Position numbers and translations under genes: made by a program. The notes beneath the pieces are model-generated. The model made no database searches. It was not told the origin of the DNA and saw only the letters and a program-made list of their open reading frames with translations. From a bacterium (GTDB taxonomy: Archaea; Thermoplasmatota; E2; JACPAO01; JAHFTW01): 64,000 bases of DNA. The DNA lies in contig JAZJZE010000005.1 in NCBI GenBank assembly GCA_040390065.1, positions 32,001 to 96,000 on the forward strand. Reading direction: 5' to 3'. Shown here piece after piece: positions 1 to 8,814 of the stretch (its first letter is position 1; every line of letters starts with the position of its first letter).

Positions 1-2
1 AC

Positions 3-437
3 TTCGGCGGCGTCGCCGCGGTGCATGACCCCGTGACCTGGTTCGCCGGCATGGGTGCCTTGCTGCTGCTCGCGGGGGCGGCGCTGTGGATGGTCCTGAA
101 CCAGGTCCGCATGGCGCGGCTGCCCGGACGCCTTCAGCTTCGCCTGTCGACGGGCCTGCCCGCGCCTCACGGGCGAATCCTGTGGCTCCTCGTGCTGGCG
201 CTCGCTGCGCCGTTCGGCACGGTCTGGGTGGTCCTGTTCGCGATTGCCCTGGCGGCCGGGATCGGCCTTCTCGCTGAGGATGCTCCCGGTTTTGGTGCCA
301 CTGTGGCTCTCGTGGTCCTCCTGTTCGGCGTGTTGGCGCTGGTGCGTGCCTGGCCGATGCTGCACTCGATGGGCGACGTGGGCGAGGCGGCATCGGGCCT
401 GGTGCCGTGGGGAAGCCTGACGCCGTGCATCGGATAA
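3..437 (+). CDS. Hypothetical membrane protein, probably 5'-truncated by the window edge
   Basis: Several hydrophobic segments; the frame is open from position 3, so the true start may lie outside the window. Confidence 0.55.
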   Translation, partial: FGGVAAVHDPVTWFAGMGALLLLAGAALWMVLNQVRMARLPGRLQLRLSTGLPAPHGRILWLLVLALAAPFGTVWVVLFAIALAAGIGLLAEDAPGFGATVALVVLLFGVLALVRAWPMLHSMGDVGEAASGLVPWGSLTPCIG

Positions 438-507
438 CCTGGAACGGACGGGCCTTGGCTTGTCCGAGGTGGGCCATGAGGACCCTCAAGCTCAGCCCGG
501 CCATTAG

Positions 508-755
508 GTGCCCGTAACGCCTTCGAGGTCCGCCTGCTTTCGGGCCGCCACGATACCGGCCTTCGCTTCGCGGCGATGCGCCGCCACTTGCTGGCCCTCG
601 GTTTCACCGAGAACATCCACGGCAGCCACCACATCTTCAGCCGGTCAGGCGTTGCGCGGCCGTTCTCCTTGCAACGGGATGGATCCATGTGCAAATCGTA
701 CCAAGTCCGCCAGGTGCGCAAGATTCTTTTGGAGCAAAATCTGAGGGTGTCCTGA
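508..755 (+). pseudogene. hicA: HicA-family toxin with a probable frameshift or missing start at the 5' end (intact ORF from ATG 576 is 59 aa)
   Basis: Frame 516-755 reads NAFEVRLLSGRHDTGLRFAAMRRHLLALGFTENIHGSHHIFSR...LQRDGSMCKSYQVRQVRKIL (HicA GSH motif, KxYQVRQV tail). No in-frame start precedes the conserved N-terminus; GTG 508 is one base out of frame. Stop at 753-755 abuts hicB. Confidence 0.7.
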
Positions 756-756
756 A

Positions 757-969
757 ATGAAGCCGCACTACCCAATGGTCATCGAGTGGAGCGCCGACGA
801 CAACGTCTTCGTCGTCACCGTGCCCGACCTACCCGGCTGCATGGCACATGGCTCGACGCCTGCACGAGCGGCCGCCGAGGCCCAAGTTGCCATCCGGGGG
901 TGGCTCGAAGTGGCCGGCGAGCTCGGGCGCCCAATCCCCCCACCCCGCACCCACATCGAGGTCGCGTAG
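757..969 (+). CDS. hicB: HicB-family antitoxin (short form, no DNA-binding domain)
   Basis: YPMVIEWSADDNVFVVTVPDLPGCMAHGSTPARA...W...GRPIPPP is the typical HicB N-terminal domain. Confidence 0.9.
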   Translation: MKPHYPMVIEWSADDNVFVVTVPDLPGCMAHGSTPARAAAEAQVAIRGWLEVAGELGRPIPPPRTHIEVA

Positions 970-1267
970 GCAGGACTTGCGTGCGCCGCAACGCCGGTCA
1001 CCCTCGCCTTCCAGGCCCCCAGCCCCATCGCCATCCGCCGACATTCCACCCCGCCCGCCACGGCCTCCGCGTCCGCGCCCGGCCGTCGACTCGCCGCCGT
1101 CGATTGGGCGCCTGGCAACCGGCCAAAGCACCCGGCACGCCGGGCAATCGAGGGGCCCGTGTTCACTCCTGGAGAAATCCCGACGACCGTGAACAGGTTC
1201 AGGTTTCCGCAACTGCAACCCTGGTCGTTTGCCGCCCCCCGACCCTTTTATGATTGAGCAGCCTCGC

Positions 1268-1274
1268 TTAAATA
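1268..1274 (+). promoter_or_regulatory. Archaeal TATA box for the S-layer-like gene
   Basis: TTAAATA in a GC-rich background, about 130 nt upstream of ATG 1403, which has a GGAGG SD motif. Confidence 0.55.
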
Positions 1275-1402
1275 GGTCATGTTTCTAACTGGGTCCGAGT
1301 CCAAGGCTGGACCCTTACCGGTCTAGCCGCTGGCACGGGCTGTCGCCATCGGTGATGACCCGGCCCTGCGAGCAACTTGGACCACAAATGGAGGAAACAC
1401 AC

Positions 1403-3718
1403 ATGAACAACTACAGCAAAACGTTCGCTGCGGTTGCCTTGCTGGCCGTCGGTGCCCTATTCGCCCCAGTGGCGAATGCGGATGTCGGCCAGTTCGGTAC
1501 CCAAGTCGATACGTTCAACGTGGACGGCGTTCACCCGCTGTTCGTGGCCTTTACCGGCACTACGGATGGAATCACCCTAACGACGGCCTTCAAGTTCGTC
1601 GATGGCAACGGCAACGGCGCCTTCGACAGCGATGAAACGGCCTACTTGGCACCCCTCGCCGCAGCGGCGACGGTCGCGGCGTTCAACGTCCGCGCCACGG
1701 CCTACGGAACGGCGACCGCAACGGCCGCCTTCTCGCAGGTCCGCGTCACCGACACCGACTTCGGCAACCCGTACACCCAGCTGGGTGTCGCCGGCATCGC
1801 GACTTCGATCCTGAAGTTCTACGACTACAACGGTGACGGCCTCTGGAGCGTCAACGACTGGTTCTACATCGACGCCGACAATGGCGGCCGCGTCACGGCC
1901 GGCGACGTCCGCCTCGCTAGCGACCAGACGGGCGCCCTCATGTCCGGCACCCGCGTCGCCACCGGCGCTTCGGACGAGAACCGCGTCCTTGCGACGCCGG
2001 CCCTCTCGGCCCTGACGTTCTACGACTCGGACCGCAGCGGCGTCTACAACCTGGGCGACGTTCTCTACATCGCCCAGCCGGTCGCAGCCCGCGTGCTGGC
2101 AACCGGCGGCGCGACGAGCTTCGTCCGCTCCGAGGATCTCCGCCTGGGCAACCTGGGCGGCGGCTTCGGCGCCGGCAAGGTCGTCCAGCCGTCCGACGTG
2201 GACGTCGTCCACTTCGGTAGCGCGGACGCCCTGTTCAACGGCGCCGCCAACCCGGCGGGCTTCTGTTTCGTCGATGACAACGGCAACGGTGCCTTTGACG
2301 GCGGCGAGACCATGTACTTCGACCAAGGTGTCGCGGTCACGGTCAGCATCAACGACATCCGGCTGACGCCCCGCACGGCTGGCGGCACCTACGCCGCCGG
2401 CTCGCAGGTCGTCTCGTCCGACACGGACGCCGGTGTCGCCTGCACTGCCCGCGCCTTCGCGAACCTTGCCTTCTACGACAACGACGGCAACAACGCGTGG
2501 TCCGTGGACGACTGCGTCTACATTGACACGGACCTGACCGCCTCGGTCAGCCCGAGCGACGTCCGCATCTCGATGTGCGGCCTGTACGCCGCGGGGACCC
2601 GCGTCAACACGCTGGACACCGACGAGACGAAGCCGCTCATCGCGGTCGCCTTCGCCGGGTACGGAGCTGCAAGCTACGCCTTCTACGACGCCGACAACAA
2701 CGCCGCTTACAACACCGGCGACACCGTGTACCTGCAGCAGACCACCAACGCGGCTGCCCAGGTCATGATGCAGGAGGACCTGCGCTTCAACAAGCTCGGG
2801 ACCCTGTACGGCGAAGGCCAGTTCGTCAAGTTCGACAGCATGGACATCACCTACCTGTCGGCTGGCGCCCCCGCCGTCGCGACGTTCATGTTCTTGGACG
2901 ACAACGGCAACGGTGCCTTTGACACCGGCGAGCGCATGTACCTCGACTACGGCGCAGCTGGTGCCGGCGTCGTGAGCATCGGCGACATCCTCGTCAGCCC
3001 TGGCTCGGGCACCGGCAACCCCGGCGACCAGATCCTGGGCTCGAACGGCCAGATTGGCTCCCCGCTCATCGCGGGTACCATCCCGGCCGGCGCTGCGGCA
3101 ATCAAGTACTACGACAACAACGGCGATGGCGTCTGGAGCAACGCGGACCACTTCTACGTGGACGTTGTCGCCCCCGCGACGAACCAGATCTCCGCTGGCG
3201 ATGTCCGCATCACGGCCCACGACGGCAAGGCTGTCGGCTCCCGCGTCCAGTCTAGTGAAATGGACGAAGGCCGCACGCTCAAGGTCGTGCCCGCGAACGC
3301 GGCTCTGTCGTTCTTCGACGTCGACAAGAGCGGTGTCTACAACGTGTGCGACCAGGTCTACTTCGGCCAGGTCGCCCTCGGTGCCGGCGCGTTCTTCGCC
3401 GTCGAGGACGGCCGCCTCGGCGGCACCGCCTCGGTCTGCGCCATGCAGGCAACCCCCGTGGTGCCCCCGGTTACGCCCCCAGTGACGCCCCCGGTTACGC
3501 CCCCGGTTACGCCCCCAGTGACGCCGCCGGTGACCCCACCGGTTACGCCGCCGGTGACGCCCCCGGTGACGCCCCCGGTGACGCCCCCGGTGACGCCCCC
3601 GGTGACCCCGGGTGCAACGCCGGCCGCGAGCCCCACGCCCCAGACCCCCGGCTTTGAGCTGGTGGCCTTGGTCGCCGCTCTCGGCGCAGCGCTGGTCCTG
3701 GTCCGCCGAAAGGCGTAA
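1403..3718 (+). CDS. Major cell-surface (S-layer-like) glycoprotein with repeated Dx(N/D)xxG Ca-binding-like loops, (PPVT)12 linker and PGF-CTERM anchor
   Basis: Signal peptide; nine ~75-aa repeats (F/Y-D-x-N/D-x-x-G...YxD...GDxR); C-terminal PGFELVALVAALGAALVLVRRKA; strong codon bias and SD. Confidence 0.8.
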   Translation: MNNYSKTFAAVALLAVGALFAPVANADVGQFGTQVDTFNVDGVHPLFVAFTGTTDGITLTTAFKFVDGNGNGAFDSDETAYLAPLAAAATVAAFNVRATAYGTATATAAFSQVRVTDTDFGNPYTQLGVAGIATSILKFYDYNGDGLWSVNDWFYIDADNGGRVTAGDVRLASDQTGALMSGTRVATGASDENRVLATPALSALTFYDSDRSGVYNLGDVLYIAQPVAARVLATGGATSFVRSEDLRLGNLGGGFGAGKVVQPSDVDVVHFGSADALFNGAANPAGFCFVDDNGNGAFDGGETMYFDQGVAVTVSINDIRLTPRTAGGTYAAGSQVVSSDTDAGVACTARAFANLAFYDNDGNNAWSVDDCVYIDTDLTASVSPSDVRISMCGLYAAGTRVNTLDTDETKPLIAVAFAGYGAASYAFYDADNNAAYNTGDTVYLQQTTNAAAQVMMQEDLRFNKLGTLYGEGQFVKFDSMDITYLSAGAPAVATFMFLDDNGNGAFDTGERMYLDYGAAGAGVVSIGDILVSPGSGTGNPGDQILGSNGQIGSPLIAGTIPAGAAAIKYYDNNGDGVWSNADHFYVDVVAPATNQISAGDVRITAHDGKAVGSRVQSSEMDEGRTLKVVPANAALSFFDVDKSGVYNVCDQVYFGQVALGAGAFFAVEDGRLGGTASVCAMQATPVVPPVTPPVTPPVTPPVTPPVTPPVTPPVTPPVTPPVTPPVTPPVTPPVTPGATPAASPTPQTPGFELVALVAALGAALVLVRRKA
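3464..3607 (+). repeat. 12 x 12-bp coding tandem repeat (Pro-Pro-Val-Thr)
   Basis: CCN CCR GTK ACS repeated 12 times in frame. Confidence 0.95.
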
Positions 3719-3734
3719 TCAGGTCGGTAGAATC

Positions 3735-3775
3735 CCTTTCCCCCTCTTTCCCCTCTTTCCTTCCTGTTTTTTTGG
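3735..3775 (+). terminator. Pyrimidine-rich / oligo-T archaeal terminator
   Basis: CTTTCCCCTCTTTCCCCTCTTTCCTTCCTGTTTTTTT shortly after the stop at 3718. Confidence 0.55.
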
Positions 3776-3908
3776 TTCCTGAATTCGGACAGGCTTTGGC
3801 GTGAACGACGCGCTTCTTCAGGCCCCCGCGCTTCGCCGACACATGGCTCGACCCACGAAGCGACCGCCCTCCGAAATCGTTAAGGCCGCCCCCGCTGACA
3901 GTGGAGTG

Positions 3909-4139
3909 ATGGCCGGCACGTCCTTCCAGGTCCGCATCGACCATGACCCGGAGGACGGCCTGTTTTACGTGGAATGCCTGAACCTCCAGGGCTGCCATAC
4001 GTTCGGCGAAACGCGCGCCGAGGCCCTTGAGAAAATCAAGGAAGTCATCGCCGGCCACCTAGCTGTTTCGCTACACGTTGGTGCCGCGTCCGCGAAAGGG
4101 CCGTCCGGCGGCCCGGACGTGGTCGAGCTCGTGGCATGA
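3909..4139 (+). CDS. hicB: HicB-family antitoxin
   Basis: FQVRIDHDPEDGLFYVECLNLQGCHTFGETRAEALEKIKEVI; start chosen from GTTAAG ~29 nt upstream; ATGA overlap with the next gene. Confidence 0.85.
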   Translation: MAGTSFQVRIDHDPEDGLFYVECLNLQGCHTFGETRAEALEKIKEVIAGHLAVSLHVGAASAKGPSGGPDVVELVA

Positions 4140-4366
4140 GTCGGCTCCGCCCGATTCCGGCGCGCAAGGTCGAACGGGTTCTTCGCAGGCTGGGCTTCGT
4201 CCTCGCTCGCACCGTCGGGTCGCATCGAATCTACCTGCACCCCGCAACCGGGCGCCGGACCACCGTCGCATTCCACGGCGGCGGCGAAGAAATCCCCGCG
4301 GGGACCATGAAATCCATCCTTGCCGACATCGCCTTGGAATGGGCGCAATTCGAGAAACTCCTCTAG
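4136..4366 (+). CDS. hicA: HicA-family mRNA interferase toxin
   Basis: VERVLRRLGF...GSHRIYLHP...TTVAFH...EIPAGTMKSIL. Confidence 0.9.
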   Translation: MSRLRPIPARKVERVLRRLGFVLARTVGSHRIYLHPATGRRTTVAFHGGGEEIPAGTMKSILADIALEWAQFEKLL

Positions 4367-4574
4367 CCGTTGAAGGGCCCAGTCGACCCGGATGACGTCG
4401 CCCGGACGCCCACGGGGACCCCGACAGTGATGCCTATGGTCACCCCGACGATCCTTCCTCTTCTGGTCTGCAACTCCTCGCGGCGGTACCCCTGCCTGGA
4501 TGCTGCTCGCAGCGTTCGGTCGCAGCCAGCCGTTCGCCGTACCGTTAAATCGGCGTACGGACTAGGATGCTGCC

Positions 4575-5864
4575 ATGGAGGTTCCCACCCCGCCCGTACC
4601 CGTTGGCGGCCCGCTGCGGCCACGCCATCGCGGCCTCGGCTGGGAAGTCGGCGCCATCGCGCTCGCGGCCCTGACGATCGGGGCGGCCATCCTGGTGCCC
4701 CAAATGATTGGCGGCAGCAACGCCATGAACGCCGCAGCGCAGATGCCCGCCGAAGGCCCCATCATCGTGGGCTTCATGGCGAACACCGGGCCTTCCAACG
4801 CGACCGCGATTCGGGCGGGTTGCCTGAAGGTGGACGGCACGAACGACTTCGACTGCATCGAAGCCGACCTCGAGGCCGTGCTGCGCGCCGAGGGCTCCGA
4901 AGTCGCTTTCAAGGTCCTCGAAGACATGACCAAGCTCGATCGCGCCATCGAGGCGGACGGCCACCCGCTGGCGCACGGCCTTGGAAGGACGGCGCTCACG
5001 GTCTACGGCGGCCCGCGCACGGCGCTGCACTACTGCCCGTACGTCCTGTCCTCGGGTTGCTTCCACGGCGTGCAGCAGGCCTACTTCGACTCGCTGCCCA
5101 AGATGGAGACCTACATCATCCAGGGCCTGTGCGTGAGCGACGATTCCAGTTGGCGCTTCCAATGCCTGCACGGCATGGGCCACGGGCTCGAACTGTACAC
5201 GAACTACGACCTCAACCGGACGCTTGCCTACTGCGACCTCCTGGATGGTTGGCTTGCCATCGAGTCCTGCCAGGGCGGCGCGTTCATGGAGAACCTCGTC
5301 GGCTACATCGACTCGCAGTCGCCCACGCCGGCGGGCGGCCACAACCACGGCGGCCCCGTTCGCCCCACGCCGGTCTTCCTCGTGAAGCCAAGCGACCCGG
5401 CGTTCCCATGCGACGTCATGGCGGAACCGTACCTCAAGACGTGCTACTACCTGCAGTCGTCGGTGACGCTGCGCTTCAACGGCTTCGACTTCGACGGCGT
5501 CGTGCGCATGTGCCAAGGCGCGCCCACGCGCTACACGGACGTCTGCTTCACCAGCATGGGCCGCGACGCGGGTGCCTCGGTGCGCATGGACCCGGGCGCG
5601 ACTTCGGCGCTGTGCGAGAAGGCCACGCAGGTGCAGGCCGAGGCATGCATCCGCGGTTTCATCGGCGGGGTCGTGAACGACCACAGCGACGCGAACGACT
5701 CCATCCCTGCGTGCCACGACGTCCACCAGCAGTTGAAGGAGGCGTGCTACACGCAGGCCGGCGTGTCCGCCAAGGGAATGCTCGACGCGCAGGCCGTCGG
5801 CCTTCTGTGCAGCCGCGCCGAAGACGGATTCGTCGCCGCATGCCTTCGCGGTGCCGCGTTCTAG
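4575..5864 (+). CDS. Membrane-anchored Cys/His-rich helical repeat protein of unknown function
   Basis: N-terminal TM; motifs HPLAHGLG, GCFHG, QCLHGMGHGL, SCQGGAFMEN and many spaced Cys pairs. Confidence 0.75.
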   Translation: MEVPTPPVPVGGPLRPRHRGLGWEVGAIALAALTIGAAILVPQMIGGSNAMNAAAQMPAEGPIIVGFMANTGPSNATAIRAGCLKVDGTNDFDCIEADLEAVLRAEGSEVAFKVLEDMTKLDRAIEADGHPLAHGLGRTALTVYGGPRTALHYCPYVLSSGCFHGVQQAYFDSLPKMETYIIQGLCVSDDSSWRFQCLHGMGHGLELYTNYDLNRTLAYCDLLDGWLAIESCQGGAFMENLVGYIDSQSPTPAGGHNHGGPVRPTPVFLVKPSDPAFPCDVMAEPYLKTCYYLQSSVTLRFNGFDFDGVVRMCQGAPTRYTDVCFTSMGRDAGASVRMDPGATSALCEKATQVQAEACIRGFIGGVVNDHSDANDSIPACHDVHQQLKEACYTQAGVSAKGMLDAQAVGLLCSRAEDGFVAACLRGAAF

Positions 5865-8110
5865 GACGCGCTTGGCGTAGCCTGGGCGCCCCACTGCATG
5901 ACGACGCTCACCTGGGAGCCCGACATCGTGTTCTGCACGAAGCGCCCGATCTCGTGGTAGCAGACGTACTCTTCAGTGGGCTTGTTGACCACGATGAGGA
6001 AATCAGGATGCGACGGCCGATTGCAGGACAGCCCCGGCTCGTAGCCGTCGACGCGCACGTCGAACGTGGGCATGTACGTGAACTGGGCGTACTTGTTCGT
6101 GCCACCGTCGAGGGCGAGCTCCATGCCCGGCTGCAGTTTTCCGTCGAGGAACTGCACGGCGTCGTCCGTGCTGGTGCGCGTGGGCGCCATCAAGATGTAC
6201 GCGGAGAACAACAGCAGCGTCAACGCCAGTGCAGCGACTCGCCCCTTCGTCGCCGGGTCGTGCGGCTCGGCGCGGCCAAGGGCCAGCCACAACAGGGGAA
6301 GGAAGGCGATGACGACGTAGCGGTGGTTGTCGAACCAGAACAGGAGAGTCTTCTCCACGACCCAAAGCTGCGACGCGATGACCCAGGCGATGACGAAGAC
6401 CAGCCCGACGGCGAGCCACAACGCCATCTCACGCTCCTCGCGGATACGCCGCAGGGACGCGCCCAGTTGCGGGAACAAGAACGCGGCGTACCAGAGGAGG
6501 TACAGGGTGAACAGGAGACTCTTGTAGCCGAGGGCCTTGGCGAAGAGGTCGGGCTGCGCCGACGCCGCGGCCCCAGCGGAGGCGATGTCCTGCGCCGTCT
6601 CCCAAGCGGGCCATCCGTGCAGCGTCCCATTGCGCGCCGTCCAGGCCCACGCGAGCGCCCAGACGGCACACGCGGCGACGCCGCCAAGCCAGTACGCACG
6701 CATGCGGCTTGCAGCCGACTGCCTCGGCCGGCCCATCCAGAATAAACCCAACAACAGGAGGCCGCCGCCGGCGACGATGAGCATGTCCTTCGACGACGAC
6801 GAGAGCCACGACACGGCGCCCCCGGGGCCGAAGAGCGAACCGGGGCCGTCCCAGGGCGGGTAGCCCCCGAACAGGCGCACGTTGCGGTCCGCCCACACGG
6901 CGACGCACGCGGCGAAGACGGCGATGGCCCCGACGTACCAGCGATTGGTGAGCACGCGCCAGCCGAGGAAGTGGAAGCGCCAGAGCAAGCCGCCCACACC
7001 GGCCACGACGAAGAACGGGCCGATGCTGGAGCGTGTGAGGTAGGCAAGGCCCGCGGCGGCGCCGGCCGCGAGGATGTACGGCGGCTTCTCCAGGCTCTTC
7101 AGGATGGCCCACAGTGTCACGGCGAAGAGCAGGAGGACGAGGTTCTCGCTGAAGCCGGTCCCCGTGCTCCAGATGAGATGGGGCTCGACGGCGAGGATGG
7201 AGGTCACGAGCAGGGCGCGGCCCCGTCCGAACAGGCTGGCACTCGTGAAGTACACGGTCGTAAGTGCTGCCAGAGCCATCGTGACGGCCGCGATCTTCGT
7301 CTGCAGCACGCCGAAGCCGATGACGGTGTACACGAGGCCGAGGTACAGCGGGTACATGGGCGGGTAATGGTGGCTGTAGCCCGGCGTGGAGCCGATCCAC
7401 GTCGTGACGTCGCCGTACGGCATCAGGAACTCGTGGTGCTCCATCCACGCCTTGCCCATCGCCGAGTACGTCCCACCGTCCGCCCAGATGTCCATCGACC
7501 AGATGGTAGCAACACGCAGTACGACGCCGATGGCGATGACCATGAGTGCTGCCCCCGTGAGCGGCACGCGGTCGATGAGGCGACGAATGCGCTGGCCGTA
7601 CGCCGTCCACGCGCGGCCCTCGCTTGCCGCCCGCCACGCAGCGCCGGAAAAGTACGGGTCGCAGCCGCGCGACAACGCGAGGAGGCCAGCCAGAAGGATG
7701 CACGCAGCGGCCGCGGCGTTGGACAGGTTCGGGTCCGGCGCGTACAGCCCACGATGCCACAGGCCGTACGCGCTCGCAACGAAGGCGCCGCATGCCAGGA
7801 CCCGGGCGCGACGCGAGCCCCACGCGAGGGCAAGGCCGACGACGGGGAGGATGACCGCGAGCACCGCCAGGATGTCCAACGACAGGCGCGGGTGCCGCCA
7901 CATGGCGCCGTAGAGTTCGCCGTCGACGCGTTGGATGTCCAGCCATTGGCCGGCACGGATCTGGCCGATTCCCCACAACGGAATCGCGGCCAGCAGGGCA
8001 GTCCCAGCCGCGGCAATCGTCACCAGAAGCGGGCGCGGCGGCGACGGGCGGCCGGGGGCGAGGGCCGCGGAGGCAACCTCCGGACCGGTCGTCTGGGGCA
8101 TGGCTGCCAT
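5861..8110 (-). CDS. GT-C fold glycosyltransferase (ArnT/PMT_2-like) integral membrane protein
   Basis: DIWADGGTY, HHYPPMYPLYLG, FSENL, LAYLTRSS, RYVV motifs; many TMs; TATA-like sequence ~30 nt upstream of ATG 8110. Confidence 0.8.
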   Translation of the reverse strand: MAAMPQTTGPEVASAALAPGRPSPPRPLLVTIAAAGTALLAAIPLWGIGQIRAGQWLDIQRVDGELYGAMWRHPRLSLDILAVLAVILPVVGLALAWGSRRARVLACGAFVASAYGLWHRGLYAPDPNLSNAAAAACILLAGLLALSRGCDPYFSGAAWRAASEGRAWTAYGQRIRRLIDRVPLTGAALMVIAIGVVLRVATIWSMDIWADGGTYSAMGKAWMEHHEFLMPYGDVTTWIGSTPGYSHHYPPMYPLYLGLVYTVIGFGVLQTKIAAVTMALAALTTVYFTSASLFGRGRALLVTSILAVEPHLIWSTGTGFSENLVLLLFAVTLWAILKSLEKPPYILAAGAAAGLAYLTRSSIGPFFVVAGVGGLLWRFHFLGWRVLTNRWYVGAIAVFAACVAVWADRNVRLFGGYPPWDGPGSLFGPGGAVSWLSSSSKDMLIVAGGGLLLLGLFWMGRPRQSAASRMRAYWLGGVAACAVWALAWAWTARNGTLHGWPAWETAQDIASAGAAASAQPDLFAKALGYKSLLFTLYLLWYAAFLFPQLGASLRRIREEREMALWLAVGLVFVIAWVIASQLWVVEKTLLFWFDNHRYVVIAFLPLLWLALGRAEPHDPATKGRVAALALTLLLFSAYILMAPTRTSTDDAVQFLDGKLQPGMELALDGGTNKYAQFTYMPTFDVRVDGYEPGLSCNRPSHPDFLIVVNKPTEEYVCYHEIGRFVQNTMSGSQVSVVMQWGAQATPSAS

Positions 8111-8226
8111 CGTCGATTCGTGCCGAGTGGCTGGCGCCGTATAAGCGGCCACATTGCGACGCCGAGGCGGCCTTGCGCCAGGGGCCATGCAAGGGCAATC
8201 CAGCAAAGCTTGAATGAGGGTGCCCA

Positions 8227-8763
8227 GTGGCGCAGCCGATGAACCCGACGCCCCTTGCCGTCGTCTTCCTGCTTGCCTGCGCCGTTCTGGCCGGTTGTGC
8301 AGGCGCGCCCGACGTCACGCCCGAGGAGTTGGCCTCCCACACGACGCCGCTTTCCGCCATGTCCGGCATGCAGGCGCTGCCCATCGGCGCATCGGCCACG
8401 GAGTTCAAGGACTACGGGATGACGACCAACCCGGGGACGGCCAACCCCGCGAAATTCCCCAACTTCAACGGCGCAACCCCGAAGGCCGCATACGGCGAGA
8501 TCCTCCAGGAGGGCAACAACTCGCAGCACCGGCTCTACGTCTTCGCGTTGTCGTTCTCGTCGGCCGACGCCGCGGCGGGCTTCGTGCAGGACGGCAAGGC
8601 CTGCGGCAACCCGAACGCCCGGGCGTACACGAAGGATGGCGCCACCTTGACCCAGTTCGTCTACGTCGCCCTCGACGGCCAGACGGACAACACGCTCATC
8701 GCCCACTGGCACAGCGCCATCCAGGACGTCATGGCCCGCACCGGCGCCACGAACGCTTGCTAG
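8227..8763 (+). CDS. Lipoprotein of unknown function
   Basis: Hydrophobic signal with LAGC lipobox. Confidence 0.75.
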   Translation: MAQPMNPTPLAVVFLLACAVLAGCAGAPDVTPEELASHTTPLSAMSGMQALPIGASATEFKDYGMTTNPGTANPAKFPNFNGATPKAAYGEILQEGNNSQHRLYVFALSFSSADAAAGFVQDGKACGNPNARAYTKDGATLTQFVYVALDGQTDNTLIAHWHSAIQDVMARTGATNAC

Positions 8764-8814
8764 AGGCCTCCCTGGTTCGAGTCCTTTATACGAGGGTTGT
8801 CCATCAGGGGACTC

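Noticed and set aside
3464-3607. 12-bp tandem repeat as a non-coding array or VNTR element
   Set aside because: It is in frame, varies at third codon positions and encodes the PPVT linker.
8774-8784. GGTTCGAGTCC resembling a tRNA T-arm
   Set aside because: No acceptor stem, D-arm or anticodon arm can be formed; it lies just upstream of a TATA box.
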